Source of the DNA: Treponemataceae bacterium | Lineage (GTDB): Bacteria; Spirochaetota; Spirochaetia; Treponematales; Rectinemataceae | Reading direction: 5' to 3' | Assembly (NCBI GenBank): GCA_963677895.2 | Contig: CAXXGJ010000018.1 | Coordinates: 448,001-512,000 of the forward strand | DNA: 64,000 nucleotides | Notes under the pieces: model-generated | What the model saw: only the letters and a program-made list of their open reading frames with translations | Database searches by the model: none | What the model was told of the DNA's origin: nothing | Part shown: piece by piece, positions 50,765 to 62,874 of the stretch | How the letters are laid out: each line of letters opens with the position of its first letter | Numbering within the stretch: the stretch's first letter is position 1 | Made by a program: the position numbers and the translations under genes

Positions 50765-52144
50765 ATGAGATTGCGCTTTGTCCTTTCCTCGTGTATTGTA
50801 CCTGCGTTTGGAGGTCTGTCCGTGATTTCTTTCGAACACTGGAAAGATGGTTTCGTGATGACGATTGAAGGCAGGCGGGTCCTGCGGCACTCCTCCGCTT
50901 CCCCGGTCATCTTCCTGGGCATTCCGGATAAAAGAACGGCGGAAAGCCAAGCCGTAAAATCCGGAAAATTCACCTGGCAGCATCTCGGCATTCCCCGCAT
51001 CGTCAACGAGGGTCCCGAACTCACCGTGCTGGACTTCGGTCCGGCTTGCACGATAAGACTCTTCTATGGCGAAAGAGTGCTCCATATAGGCTTTTCCTCG
51101 TCGAGCGCGAAACCGGGAGCGGTCAGGCTGCGTTTCGGCGCCGTCCCCGGAGAAATGCTGTTCGGCGCCGGCCCTTCCGCCGGCTGCGACATGAAAGGCA
51201 GGAAAGTCGCGCTTTCGCCTGACGGCTCGGATGAAGCCTCGCGACAGGAGCCTTCGGTCATGTCCAACTCCGGCACCTGGATTCATGTGGACGGCGGGGG
51301 ATCTACCGATTGGGACTTCCGCGGCTCCATCACCGAGCTTTCCTGTTCGACCATGCCTAGGGAAATCGCCCTTGGTTTCGGGAAGACCGTCGCCGCCGGC
51401 ATGGAACTTTTAACAAGACACAAGGCCGGAAAGCGGGCAAGGCTGCCCGATTGGATGCTGGCCGGTCCAATATTCGAGGAAAAGGGGAGAGGTTTTCGGA
51501 TCGAAGCCGCCGCGGACGGCGAAGAAAGCCGCTTTATCGGCGGGGAGGAGTGGGCGAAAATTCTGGCCGCTGCCTCGGCGAGGGCTCTTCCTCTCCAGGC
51601 GGCCGGGATGAAAAGCGCCGGCGGTCTCGTCGGCACGATTCTGTCGCTCTCTTTCTCCGGATATGGCCAGATATTCATGCGCGATGGTCTTGAGCTGGCG
51701 GCTTTCGGTCCGCTTTTCGTGGCGAGCGCCCTACCCGACGGACAGGACGAGGCAAAAGACCGCAGGTTCGCGACATCGGCCGCGATATACGCGATCCTGA
51801 AGCCCTATCGGGAGCGCTGTTCGGCGGAATGGGTGGAGAAGGGCATCCCCTCTCTGGTTCATCCCGCGCTGTTGTATCCTAATGAAGACGCGTTGTGGAA
51901 ATTCTGCGACCAGTACCTGTACGGATCCGATGTCTTCATCGCCCCGACGCCGGAAGGAGGGCAAGGTCCGCGCCGCCTATACCTGCCCGACGATGAATGG
52001 ATTCATATCTGGACATCGCGCCGCTATCGGGGGGGAGTAACCATCGTCGACGCCCCCGAAGGGAAACCGGCGATCTTCTACAGGAGCCGCAGTCCCTTTG
52101 CCAGGCTCTTCGACGATCTGAGGCTGAAGGCCACTAGACTCTAG
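50765..52144 (+). CDS. Degenerate GH31 (YihQ/alpha-glucosidase-like) protein lacking the catalytic core
   Basis: LPDW, LKPY..GIP, QYLYGSDVFIAP, LYLPDDEWIHIWT and DAPEGKPAIFYR match the GH31 C-terminal region; no W.DFGE/DMNE or DIGG motif; only 459 aa. Confidence 0.7.
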   Translation: MRLRFVLSSCIVPAFGGLSVISFEHWKDGFVMTIEGRRVLRHSSASPVIFLGIPDKRTAESQAVKSGKFTWQHLGIPRIVNEGPELTVLDFGPACTIRLFYGERVLHIGFSSSSAKPGAVRLRFGAVPGEMLFGAGPSAGCDMKGRKVALSPDGSDEASRQEPSVMSNSGTWIHVDGGGSTDWDFRGSITELSCSTMPREIALGFGKTVAAGMELLTRHKAGKRARLPDWMLAGPIFEEKGRGFRIEAAADGEESRFIGGEEWAKILAAASARALPLQAAGMKSAGGLVGTILSLSFSGYGQIFMRDGLELAAFGPLFVASALPDGQDEAKDRRFATSAAIYAILKPYRERCSAEWVEKGIPSLVHPALLYPNEDALWKFCDQYLYGSDVFIAPTPEGGQGPRRLYLPDDEWIHIWTSRRYRGGVTIVDAPEGKPAIFYRSRSPFARLFDDLRLKATRL

Positions 52145-52162
52145 GCGTAAGCCTTCCAGGTT

Positions 52163-53458
52163 CTAGACGCGCGTCACGCGCTTGCGGGAGAGGAGGGCGA
52201 CGGCCCGCGCCTCTATGGCATTCCCCGATCCGATCTCCCCGAAGCCTTCGTTGGTTTTAGCCTTGACGGATACGGCGGAACGCGGCAATCCCAGCGTCTC
52301 GGCTATGGAGGCGCGGATGGCTTCGCGGTATGGTCCCAGCCTCGGCTTCTCAAGGATGACGGTGCAGTCGATGTTGCCCAGCTTCCAGCCCGCATCGCGG
52401 ACTTCGTCAGCCGCGATGCGCGCCAGGTGCCCCGAATCCGCATCCTTCCAGCGCGGATCGGAGGGCGGGAAATGGGAACCGATATCGCCCAAGGCCGCCG
52501 CGCCGATGAGCGCGTCGATGATGGCATGCCAGAGAACGTCGCCGTCCGAATGGCCGACTTCACCCTTGTCGTGTTCGATCCCGATTCCCCCGAGGAGGAG
52601 CCTGCGGCCGGATACGAGGGCGTGGATGTCCCAGCCTTCGCCGATCCTGAAGGTGATGCTGTCTTCTTCGGCGGGCAAATCTTCCCTGAAGGTTATCTTT
52701 CTGTTCTTCCTGTCGCCGGGGACGGAGGCTACTTTCCCGACATAGCGATCCCATATCGAGGCGTCATCCGTACAGGTCCAGCCTTCGGTGGCGGCGGCGC
52801 CGTGGGCGGCGGCGAGGGCCGCGAGGGCGAATCCCTGGGGCGTCTGAGCGGCCTTTACCGAATCGCGCTCAAGGTGGGTTTCGATGAAGCCGTCGGCCGA
52901 TATCGCTTTGGGGGTGTCGGGAAGATCGCTCAAAGGAATGCAGGCGCCGTTGGCTCTGGCCGAGGCGAGGACAGCGTCGATGGTATCGGCCGCCACCCAG
53001 GGGCGTGCCGCGTCATGAACGAGGACGACTGCCCCGGCCGGATCGATGGCGGTGTCGGGAAGAGCGGTGCCGGGAAGAGCGGCGCCACAGGCTTCGACGA
53101 GCGCGTCGAGTCCGCTTTTCACCGAGGCTTGTCTCGTTTCGCCGCCCTGGACGAAATGAAGACCGCATGCCAGCGCGGCCAGCTTTACGGCCAGCACCTC
53201 GTCGACGCTCGCCCGTATCTCGTCGAGCCGGCCGGCGGGGTAGGTGATGACGACGCCGGCGAGATCCCTGAGGTGGAGGAAGGCCTCCAGCGAATGCTGA
53301 AGTATGCTTTTGCCTTCCAGCGAAAGGAGTTCTTTTTTAGTGCCGCCGAACCGCGAACTGGAGCCGGCCGCGGTCAGAAGGAGAAACACTCCATGGCCGA
53401 GGGGTAGGCGAGGAGCTTCCAGGCAGCGATGAGCATCCAGCGGGTCTGTGCCGGACAT
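52163..53458 (-). CDS. ispDF: Bifunctional IspD/IspF
   Basis: AAGSSSRF, GGETRQAS, VHDAARP, QTPQGF; G.DIH, GHSDGDV and GDIGSHFPP. Confidence 0.95.
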   Translation of the reverse strand: MSGTDPLDAHRCLEAPRLPLGHGVFLLLTAAGSSSRFGGTKKELLSLEGKSILQHSLEAFLHLRDLAGVVITYPAGRLDEIRASVDEVLAVKLAALACGLHFVQGGETRQASVKSGLDALVEACGAALPGTALPDTAIDPAGAVVLVHDAARPWVAADTIDAVLASARANGACIPLSDLPDTPKAISADGFIETHLERDSVKAAQTPQGFALAALAAAHGAAATEGWTCTDDASIWDRYVGKVASVPGDRKNRKITFREDLPAEEDSITFRIGEGWDIHALVSGRRLLLGGIGIEHDKGEVGHSDGDVLWHAIIDALIGAAALGDIGSHFPPSDPRWKDADSGHLARIAADEVRDAGWKLGNIDCTVILEKPRLGPYREAIRASIAETLGLPRSAVSVKAKTNEGFGEIGSGNAIEARAVALLSRKRVTRV

Positions 53459-53464
53459 CGGATT

Positions 53465-53965
53465 TCAGCTCTCGAGGCGCGCGTGGATGAGCTCGGCGAT
53501 TTCTTCCTTCGGCTTTCCGAGCGAGAAGGATATCTCGTCCTGAAGGAGGTTGATCGCCGAATCGTAGAGTTTCCGCTCGAGGATGGGGAGTTCCTTGATC
53601 TTCGAGCGATGATAGAGAGAGCGTACGACAGAGGCTATATCCATGATGGAACCTTTCTTGAGGAGATCCAGGTTCATCTGGTAGCGAAGTTTCCAATCGG
53701 ATGGTATGGGGGCGTAGTCCTCCGAGATGAAGGTCAGCGCCAGTTCTGCCTCGGTCTGGGGAACGATGGGGCGCAGTCCAAGGAATTCCGCCTTGTCCAC
53801 GGGCACCATGACGGTCATGTCGGAAAACTCGAGATAGATGATGTAGTAGAGAATCTTGGAATCCTTGAAGGATTTTTCCCTGATCTCGAGGATGCGTCCG
53901 ACACCCTGGCTGGGATAGACGACGCGCTGATCTATTTTATAGGCGGGGACCGTTTTGTTCTCCAT
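53465..53965 (-). CDS. carD: CarD family transcription factor
   Basis: VVYPSQGVGRI, VMVPV..GLR and WKLRY; carD-ispD linkage; start ATG 53965. Confidence 0.92.
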   Translation of the reverse strand: MENKTVPAYKIDQRVVYPSQGVGRILEIREKSFKDSKILYYIIYLEFSDMTVMVPVDKAEFLGLRPIVPQTEAELALTFISEDYAPIPSDWKLRYQMNLDLLKKGSIMDIASVVRSLYHRSKIKELPILERKLYDSAINLLQDEISFSLGKPKEEIAELIHARLES

Positions 53966-54072
53966 AGAAGGCCATTGTATCAAAAAAAAGGGCTTTCGTC
54001 AAAGCATTGACATCGTAATGACGATTTCCATGCTTGCGGGGATCAAATCCGAAGTGTATCGTTCAGCCTGGT

Positions 54073-54777
54073 ATGAAAAAGGTCAGACCGCTGCCCCCTG
54101 AAGCCTGGGCTTTCCCCTTCATAATCGCCGCCGTCGCCCTTGCCGGCATTGTCTTCAGGGCGGAAATAGCCGATGTCTACAGGAACAGGGAGACCGTCAG
54201 GGCATGGATGGAAGGGCTTGGCGTTCTGGGCCCCCTCGTTTTCATAGGCATACAGATACTCCAAGTCGTCGTCTTCGTGATCCCCGGCGAGCTCACCCAG
54301 GCTTCGGGCGGTTTCATTTTCGGTTTCTGGGGAGGCGCTATCCTCAGCCTGGTCGGGATAGCGGCAGGGTCTCTCGTCAACTATGGAATAGGCCGATTTT
54401 CCGGCCGCCCCTTTATCCGCGGCATTTTAGGCGAAGAACGCCTTGAAAAGGCGGAAAAAGCCCTGACAGAAAACAGAAGGGCTGAAGCGGGATATTTCCT
54501 CCTCTTTCTCGTGCCGGGCATCCCTAAGGATATTCTCTGCTACATCGCCGGCATGGCGAAAACACCTCTCGTCGAGTTCCTGGCGGCATCCATGACGGCT
54601 CGCCTCCCCGGGATCGCGGGCAGCACGCTCATCGGAATGGCCGCCTATTCCGGCCGGATAGCCCTTGCCCTTTGGCTCTTCGCCGCGGCCGTTATCCTTT
54701 TCATCGCCGGGCTTGTCTGGCGCAAGCCGCTCGAAGTCTGGCTCGCCAGGCGCTTCGGCGGGCTGAGGAATCGCTGA
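54073..54777 (+). CDS. TVP38/TMEM64 (DedA/VTT) family membrane protein
   Basis: QVVVFVIPGE, GGFIFG, LFLVPGIPKD.LCY.AG and RLPG. Confidence 0.85.
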   Translation: MKKVRPLPPEAWAFPFIIAAVALAGIVFRAEIADVYRNRETVRAWMEGLGVLGPLVFIGIQILQVVVFVIPGELTQASGGFIFGFWGGAILSLVGIAAGSLVNYGIGRFSGRPFIRGILGEERLEKAEKALTENRRAEAGYFLLFLVPGIPKDILCYIAGMAKTPLVEFLAASMTARLPGIAGSTLIGMAAYSGRIALALWLFAAAVILFIAGLVWRKPLEVWLARRFGGLRNR

Positions 54778-54791
54778 AACTGGAGGAAACC

Positions 54792-56420
54792 ATGGGCGGA
54801 GCCTGGTGGACAGAAGCCGTTTTCTATCAAATCTATCCCCGGAGTTTCAGGGACGCGAACGGCGATGGGACAGGGGACCTGGCCGGCATAGCGGAAAAAA
54901 TGGAGTATCTCGAGTGGCTGGGCGTCGATGCCCTCTGGATATCGCCCTTCTTTCCGAGCCCCATGAAGGACTTCGGCTACGATGTGGCCGACTATAGGGG
55001 CATAGATCCGCTCTTCGGGAGCGCCGAAGATTTCAGGCTGCTTGTAGAGAAAGCCAAACAGCGCGGGATCAGGATTGTCCTCGACCTCGTCGCCAACCAT
55101 AGCTCGGACGAGCATCCCTGGTTCAGGGAGGCGAGGACTTCGCGAGCGTCGCCGAAGCATGGATGGTATCTCTGGGCGCCCGATACAGGGAGACCTCCCA
55201 ACAACTGGAAGGCGATCTTCGAGCTGGGTACGGCCTGGCACTCCAACCCCGCGACAGGCGAACGCTATCTCGGGACCTTTACCCGGCACCAGCCGGAATT
55301 CGACTGGCGGAACCCGGAAGTCCGGGAAGCCTTCTATGACATCATGCGATACTGGTACGATCTGGGCGTGGACGGATTCAGGCTCGACGTCGCCACCGCG
55401 TACATGAAGGATCCCGAGCTGCGCTCCAATCCGTTCTCCTTCAAGGCCGTCCCGGATTTCTTCCAGAACCATATCCACGACCGCAATCATCCCGATTTTC
55501 ATAGAGTGTTCAAGGAGATGCGGCGCGTCGCCGACGAATGGGAATCCGCTTGCCCCGGGGCGAGCGGACCCGGCGAGCGCGTGCTTATCGGGGAGACCCA
55601 CGGCGAGAACCCGACTCTCGCCGCGTCCTGCCATGGCGAACGGGGCGACGAGCTGCATATGGCGTTCAATTTCGATTTCCTGAACCAGCCCTGGAAGGCC
55701 GAAGCCTTTCGGCGTTCGGCGGAGCGCTGGTATTCTCTTCTGCCCGCCGGGGCATGGCCCAATTTCACCTTGAGCAATCACGACAGGCCGCGCCATGCCT
55801 GGCGCTACCGCTCGCGCTACCCGAAAATTACCGAGGCGAGAGCGAAGATCGCCGCCGCTATGCTCCTTACGCTCAAAGGGACTCCCTTCCTTTACTATGG
55901 GGAAGAGATCGGCATGACCTGTTACAGGCTACCCCGCGCCGCCCTCCGCGACCCCCTCGGGATCAAAACCTGGCCTCTGACCTCCCTCGGCCGCGATCCT
56001 GAGCGCGGACCCATGCAATGGGACGCGAGTCCCGGCGGCGGATTCGGTTCCGAAAAGCCATGGCTTCCTCTCGGTCCCGACTGGCGCGAGCGCAACGTGG
56101 AAGCCCAGCGCGGGCGGCCTGACTCCATTCTCGCATGGTACAGGGACCTCATCGCGCTCAGGCGGACAAGCGTCGCCCTGAGCGGCGGCTCCCTGCGTTT
56201 CCTCGATGCCGCGCCCGGCGTCCTCGCTTTTGAAAGGAAGGACGAAGCTTCCGGGGAAAATATCGCGATTTTTCTCAATTTCGCGTCGCGCGCGAGGAAG
56301 ATCGAACTAAAGGAAAATCTAGCCGTCCTGCTTGGGACCGCCCGCCCCGGGGGCGCTGTCCTGGCCGCCGGCGGCAGCCTTCTCGGTCCATGCGAAGCGC
56401 TCATCGCCCGCCAAGGCTGA
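54792..56420 (+). CDS. GH13 alpha-glucosidase
   Basis: YQIYPRSF.DANGDG.GDL, DLVANHSS, GFRLDV, IGE, SNHD and YYGEEIGM; ATG 54792 behind GGAGG. Confidence 0.92.
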   Translation: MGGAWWTEAVFYQIYPRSFRDANGDGTGDLAGIAEKMEYLEWLGVDALWISPFFPSPMKDFGYDVADYRGIDPLFGSAEDFRLLVEKAKQRGIRIVLDLVANHSSDEHPWFREARTSRASPKHGWYLWAPDTGRPPNNWKAIFELGTAWHSNPATGERYLGTFTRHQPEFDWRNPEVREAFYDIMRYWYDLGVDGFRLDVATAYMKDPELRSNPFSFKAVPDFFQNHIHDRNHPDFHRVFKEMRRVADEWESACPGASGPGERVLIGETHGENPTLAASCHGERGDELHMAFNFDFLNQPWKAEAFRRSAERWYSLLPAGAWPNFTLSNHDRPRHAWRYRSRYPKITEARAKIAAAMLLTLKGTPFLYYGEEIGMTCYRLPRAALRDPLGIKTWPLTSLGRDPERGPMQWDASPGGGFGSEKPWLPLGPDWRERNVEAQRGRPDSILAWYRDLIALRRTSVALSGGSLRFLDAAPGVLAFERKDEASGENIAIFLNFASRARKIELKENLAVLLGTARPGGAVLAAGGSLLGPCEALIARQG

Positions 56421-57071
56421 ATCCGCGCGCCTGGGGAGGTGGCGGGGCTTGCCGCCGGCCGAGGCCCGCTCTAGCTGGTATTCCTGCATGCGCGAAAAAG
56501 CGTCGAGAAGCCTCCGCTTGTCGGGGTAATTCTCCAATCCAGCCGATTCCAGGGTACAGAGCAGTTCGTGCACCGTCTCCAGGGTGGAAAGGCAGAGAGG
56601 GCCGGGCTGTCGCTTGATAAGCCACCGGCTCGGCGTTCGTGGCGTGAACATCAGCCTGGGAAGCCTCATCAGTCCCGGGCTCTCGCGGAGGACGGCCTTG
56701 GAGCAGGCCCAGGTAGCGTCGACAAGGAAGGCGATGACCCTCCGCCCTGAAACCTCGCCCGCGAACCGTTCCGCCATTCCTGGGTTGGAGAGATCGAAGG
56801 AGCCGCGGCCGGGGTAGAGGAGGACGGGAAAATTCCCGGGATCGTCGATGAGTTCCCTGACCCGCTTATGCTCGTCGAAGGCGATTCCCGGCAGCAATTC
56901 CGCGTCGGCTATATTCAGACAGGTCAGCCGCCCCGTGCCGCAGCGCTCGCGCCGCCATTCCTTGGGGTGCATGAGAAGGACGATCTTCGTTCGCAGGACC
57001 ATCGGAGGTTCGACAGGGCAGAGGCAGGATTCCAGAGGACGGCGGCAACGGGGACAAACATTCCGAAACAA
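56319..57071 (-). CDS. DTW-domain tRNA-uridine aminocarboxypropyltransferase (TapT-like)
   Basis: CPRC..CLC, HPKE..TG, LLYP, VDATW and LSTLE. Confidence 0.88.
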   Translation of the reverse strand: MFRNVCPRCRRPLESCLCPVEPPMVLRTKIVLLMHPKEWRRERCGTGRLTCLNIADAELLPGIAFDEHKRVRELIDDPGNFPVLLYPGRGSFDLSNPGMAERFAGEVSGRRVIAFLVDATWACSKAVLRESPGLMRLPRLMFTPRTPSRWLIKRQPGPLCLSTLETVHELLCTLESAGLENYPDKRRLLDAFSRMQEYQLERASAGGKPRHLPRRADSALAGDERFAWTEKAAAGGQDSAPGAGGPKQDG

Positions 57072-57235
57072 TCTTTATCGCTCCTGGCGAGTACTATACA
57101 ATAAATCGAACATCCTGGGGATAGAGGAGCGGATGAGGTATGGCTTTTGGCCTTTGGCTCCGGAGCGTTTTTTTATTATTATAAAAGAGAACGATCGCGA
57201 ACATAAAATCCCCGATATAGCCAGGAGCGATACTC

Positions 57236-59074
<1,839 letters not shown>

Positions 59075-59123
59075 GCTTTTGGCGATGAGGGACTCCACGA
59101 TTATCGAAGAAAAGGGGTGATGC

Positions 59124-60662
59124 TTGAAGCGGCTGCAGAAGATTCTATCGAGTAAAGCGAACCTGGTGTTCTTCGCGATGCTCATTCAGCTGGCGATCCT
59201 TGTAGGCGGCCTCATCGCGTTCATGGATTCCTTCTATATTTTTTACAGCTTGAGCATCGTGTTGAGCTTCGCCGTGGTCCTATGGATTCTCAACGACACG
59301 AGCAATCCCGCGTATAAGATAGCGTGGCTCATTCCGATTCTTGTCTTCCCCATCTTTGGAGGTATCTTCTATCTCTTTTTCGGCAAGATTCGCCTGAGCG
59401 GGAAAATGAAACAGCAGATCAAGGAAGGCGAAAAATGGGTGCGTCCGCTGACGACGCGGGGGAGCGAAAACCTCGGGAAACTGGAATCCCTGAATATTGA
59501 CGCCGCCATGCAGTCGCGCTATCTCAGCGTCCACGCCAGGAACCCGGTCTGGACCAATACGGCCACCGAATATCTTCCCTCCGGTGAAATAGCCTTCGAA
59601 CGCATAACCGAAGCGTTGAAAAAGGCCGAACATTTCATATTCGTCGAATTCTTCATCATCGGGGAAGGCCGGATGTGGGAAACCATCCTCGCCATCCTCG
59701 AGGAGAAGGCGAAGCAGGGCGTCGACGTGCGCGTCATGTACGACGATTTCGGCTGCATCGGGCGATTGCCGTCCAACTATGAGAAGCGACTGGAGGCCAT
59801 GGGCATCAAATGCGCGGTCTTCAATCTGCTCAAGCCCCTCCTCTCCGCCAGCTACAATCACCGCGATCACCGGAAGATTCTGGTGATAGACGGCAGGGTG
59901 GGATTTACCGGCGGCATAAATCTGGCCGACGAGTATATCAATGAATTCCCCCGATTCGGTCACTGGAAGGACAATGCCATTAGGCTGGAAGGGGATGCCG
60001 TGGCCAGCTTCACGTCGATGTTCCTCAAGTTGTGGAGCTTCGCGAGACGGAAGCATGATGACGACCTGCGGTACGAAATTTTCCCCCAGGAAGGATGGCC
60101 CGTCTCGGAATCCGACGGATTCGTCCAGCCCTACGAGGATAGCCCCCTGGACTCGGAGCTTGTCGGCGAAAATGTCTACCTGAACATCATCGGCAAGGCA
60201 AAACGGTATCTCTACATCACGACACCTTACCTCATCATCGACAACGAAATGCTGATGGCGCTCACCCTGGCCGCGAAGAACGGACTGGATGTCCGCATCA
60301 TAACCCCTCACATCCCCGACAAATGGTATGTCCATGCCGTCACCCGCGCCAACTATCGCGCGCTCGTCGCCGGCGGCGTGCGGATCTTCGAGTATATGCC
60401 CGGCTTCATCCATTCGAAGACCTTCGTGGCGGACGATATCTTCGGGACGGTGGGCACCATAAACCTGGATTTCAGGAGCCTCTACCTCCATTTTGAGTGC
60501 GGCGTCTGGCTTTACGGCTGCAAAAGCCTTCTGGCCATGCGCGACGACTTCCTCGCCACCCTGGGGAAATGCCAGGAAGTGACCATCGCCGAGCTCGATG
60601 CCATTAAAATCCATCGCAAGGTTGCCGGCTGGCTGCTGAAGGTCTTTTCGCCCCTTCTCTGA
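59124..60662 (+). CDS. cls: Cardiolipin synthase
   Basis: N-terminal TMs and two HKD motifs (HRKILVID, HSKTFVAD), NLDFRS. Confidence 0.93.
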   Translation: MKRLQKILSSKANLVFFAMLIQLAILVGGLIAFMDSFYIFYSLSIVLSFAVVLWILNDTSNPAYKIAWLIPILVFPIFGGIFYLFFGKIRLSGKMKQQIKEGEKWVRPLTTRGSENLGKLESLNIDAAMQSRYLSVHARNPVWTNTATEYLPSGEIAFERITEALKKAEHFIFVEFFIIGEGRMWETILAILEEKAKQGVDVRVMYDDFGCIGRLPSNYEKRLEAMGIKCAVFNLLKPLLSASYNHRDHRKILVIDGRVGFTGGINLADEYINEFPRFGHWKDNAIRLEGDAVASFTSMFLKLWSFARRKHDDDLRYEIFPQEGWPVSESDGFVQPYEDSPLDSELVGENVYLNIIGKAKRYLYITTPYLIIDNEMLMALTLAAKNGLDVRIITPHIPDKWYVHAVTRANYRALVAGGVRIFEYMPGFIHSKTFVADDIFGTVGTINLDFRSLYLHFECGVWLYGCKSLLAMRDDFLATLGKCQEVTIAELDAIKIHRKVAGWLLKVFSPLL

Positions 60663-60796
60663 ATATCCCGCCGCCGCTCCGTTCTTTTAAATAGTCGTCC
60701 AAGCCTCCGCCAAATTATATCGCTTGCCTGGCGCAAACTCATGAGCTACAGTAAAAGTCCGGAAATGGCCGCGCGATGCCCTAAGGCGAAGAGGCG

Positions 60797-62764
60797 GTGA
60801 AGGATGCGACGATGATCTCCAATATCTTCGCGCCGCTCGTGGCGGGGCTGTTTTTCCTTCTCTATTTCATATACTTCATCATAGCCAACCCCTCGAAAGC
60901 CGCATCCTACCGGTATTTCGTCATATTCCTCATCAGCATGAGCGTCTTCACCCTCGGGAGGCCTCTCCAGTTGATGCTGGGACCGCACCCCCTTCCTCTG
61001 ATCATCGTCAATATACGTGTCTTCATTCTCTGCGCGGTGATAGCGCCTATCATAATCCTCGCCTCGGATCTATTCGCGAAGCGAAGAAAAAAGACCTTCC
61101 AGGCCATCATTGTTTCGGTATGCGTCCTCCTCGGCCTCACCTATGTGGTGTTCAACACGCTGGGTACCGGTGCGAGCAAGGTTCTTTTCGGATTCGCCGG
61201 CATGATAGCGCGCGACAACGATACGCCATCGGGAATGGCTCCTTTTTATGGACGGGAAGTCACCATCGCGGTTCAGGTAGTCATCGGCCTCATCCTTCTT
61301 TTATTCTCCCTGGTCAAGCTTGTGGCGCTGATGCGAGAGACATCGCTCAAGGGGTTTCTCAAGAGCCAGGTTTTTCTGTTCAACGGGGGAGTCTTCATAT
61401 TCGCCGCCTCCTTCATCATGGGATCTCTCCTGAAACAGTGGGGCATCTACTATGCCGCGTCGGTGGCGAGCGCTCTCCTCTTCGGCGCGAGCGTCATGAT
61501 CGACGCGAAGGAAGTGCATCGCGGCTACGAGAAGCTGATTCCTTTCATAAAAGAGGACATCGTCGACAATGTCGCTTTCAGCGAGTTCACCAAGCCCAAG
61601 CTGACGGAGATGCTCGGCTGTCTCGGCAAAGGCGACCTGAACACCGTCGTCGTGATGAAAATGATGACCGGCCGGCCCGAAGCCCTGAGGGACCTGAGTT
61701 CGATGGACGAGGTTATGAGGATCGCGGGCAAAGCCTTCGAAAACGCCTTCAGCGAGGAGTGTTTTCTCCTCATTCCCCTCTCCAGGGGGAGGATAATGGC
61801 GGTCCTCAGACTTACCGAGGATACGGTCGCCGGCAGAAAAAGAGCTATCCTCTGGGATGCCCTGGAGGGCATCCAGACCGAAGCGCGACGAGGCCTGAAG
61901 TGCGGGCTCGCCATCGGGATAGGAAGGAGCTGCGGACGCATGGAGGACCTGCGCCTCTCCTATCATGAGGCGCTCAAGGCGCAGGAATACGCCGAGCGAC
62001 TTGAGACCTCGAGCATTATCCACGTCGAGACCCTCGATGGCCTCGATAGGCGCGAAAGCCGCTATCCCGTCAAGGAAAAGGAGACGCTTCTCTCCCTGAT
62101 CGAGGCGGGCGAAGCGGAAAAAGCCGGGAAGGCTTGCGCCGAATTCATGGTGAAATTCGCGCCCTTCGTTGCGGAGCGGCCCGAGGTCCTGAAAGTCCGG
62201 CTGTACGAGTTTGTCGGTTCCTTGATCGACGCGGCGATGCTTGGGGGAGGGGACGAAAACAAGTTGAACGAACTCGTCGCCGGCTATTTTGGCGACATTG
62301 ACCACGCCAAGGATCCCGAAATGGTCGGAAAGTGGATGGAAAAGGTAGCGCGGGAGGTGGCCGAATCGGTAGCCCACGTCCATGAAAACCGTTCCAAGTC
62401 CCTGGTCAAGCGCGCGATGAAATACGTTGAGGAGCATTCCGAATTGCCCCTGAGCTACCGCGATGTGGCCAAGGAAGTCTTCGTCAGCCCCTCCTATTTT
62501 CTCTTTCTCTTCAAGCGCGAGATGGGGCTCACTTTCGTGGATTTCCTGACCGCGGTGAGGGTGGAGAAGGCCAAGCTCCTTCTCGCCACCACGGAGAAGA
62601 ACGTCACTGAGATCGCTTTCGAGGTTGGCTTCAATAACCCGAATTATTTCTCGAGCACCTTCAGGAAGCTCGTCGGAATGAGCCCGAAGGAGTATCGAGG
62701 AGGAGAAATCTCCGAGATCGCCGCGAAACAGAGTGTTTCGTCATATTTTGTAGAAAAAAAATAA
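60797..62764 (+). CDS. Membrane-anchored AraC family transcriptional regulator
   Basis: About seven hydrophobic segments in the first ~235 aa; AIGIG..LRLSYHEALKA central segment; C-terminal AraC HTH (SPSYF..FK, EIAFEVGFNNPNYFSSTFRK..GMSP..YR). Confidence 0.85.
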   Translation: MKDATMISNIFAPLVAGLFFLLYFIYFIIANPSKAASYRYFVIFLISMSVFTLGRPLQLMLGPHPLPLIIVNIRVFILCAVIAPIIILASDLFAKRRKKTFQAIIVSVCVLLGLTYVVFNTLGTGASKVLFGFAGMIARDNDTPSGMAPFYGREVTIAVQVVIGLILLLFSLVKLVALMRETSLKGFLKSQVFLFNGGVFIFAASFIMGSLLKQWGIYYAASVASALLFGASVMIDAKEVHRGYEKLIPFIKEDIVDNVAFSEFTKPKLTEMLGCLGKGDLNTVVVMKMMTGRPEALRDLSSMDEVMRIAGKAFENAFSEECFLLIPLSRGRIMAVLRLTEDTVAGRKRAILWDALEGIQTEARRGLKCGLAIGIGRSCGRMEDLRLSYHEALKAQEYAERLETSSIIHVETLDGLDRRESRYPVKEKETLLSLIEAGEAEKAGKACAEFMVKFAPFVAERPEVLKVRLYEFVGSLIDAAMLGGGDENKLNELVAGYFGDIDHAKDPEMVGKWMEKVAREVAESVAHVHENRSKSLVKRAMKYVEEHSELPLSYRDVAKEVFVSPSYFLFLFKREMGLTFVDFLTAVRVEKAKLLLATTEKNVTEIAFEVGFNNPNYFSSTFRKLVGMSPKEYRGGEISEIAAKQSVSSYFVEKK

Positions 62765-62874
62765 GATTTTTAATGCGCCCGGCCTCGTCGTGGTCCCCAA
62801 TGAAGAGCGAAGGGGACGCGGCGTCGGGTGTCGAATCTCCTTCACATCGCCATCAATGTAAAGGAGAGCCATCG

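Noticed and set aside
53052..53081. 15-bp tandem duplication in ispDF (ALPGT-ALPDT), and a similar one in TetR at ~11077-11104
   Set aside because: Short in-frame loop duplications with no sign of function.
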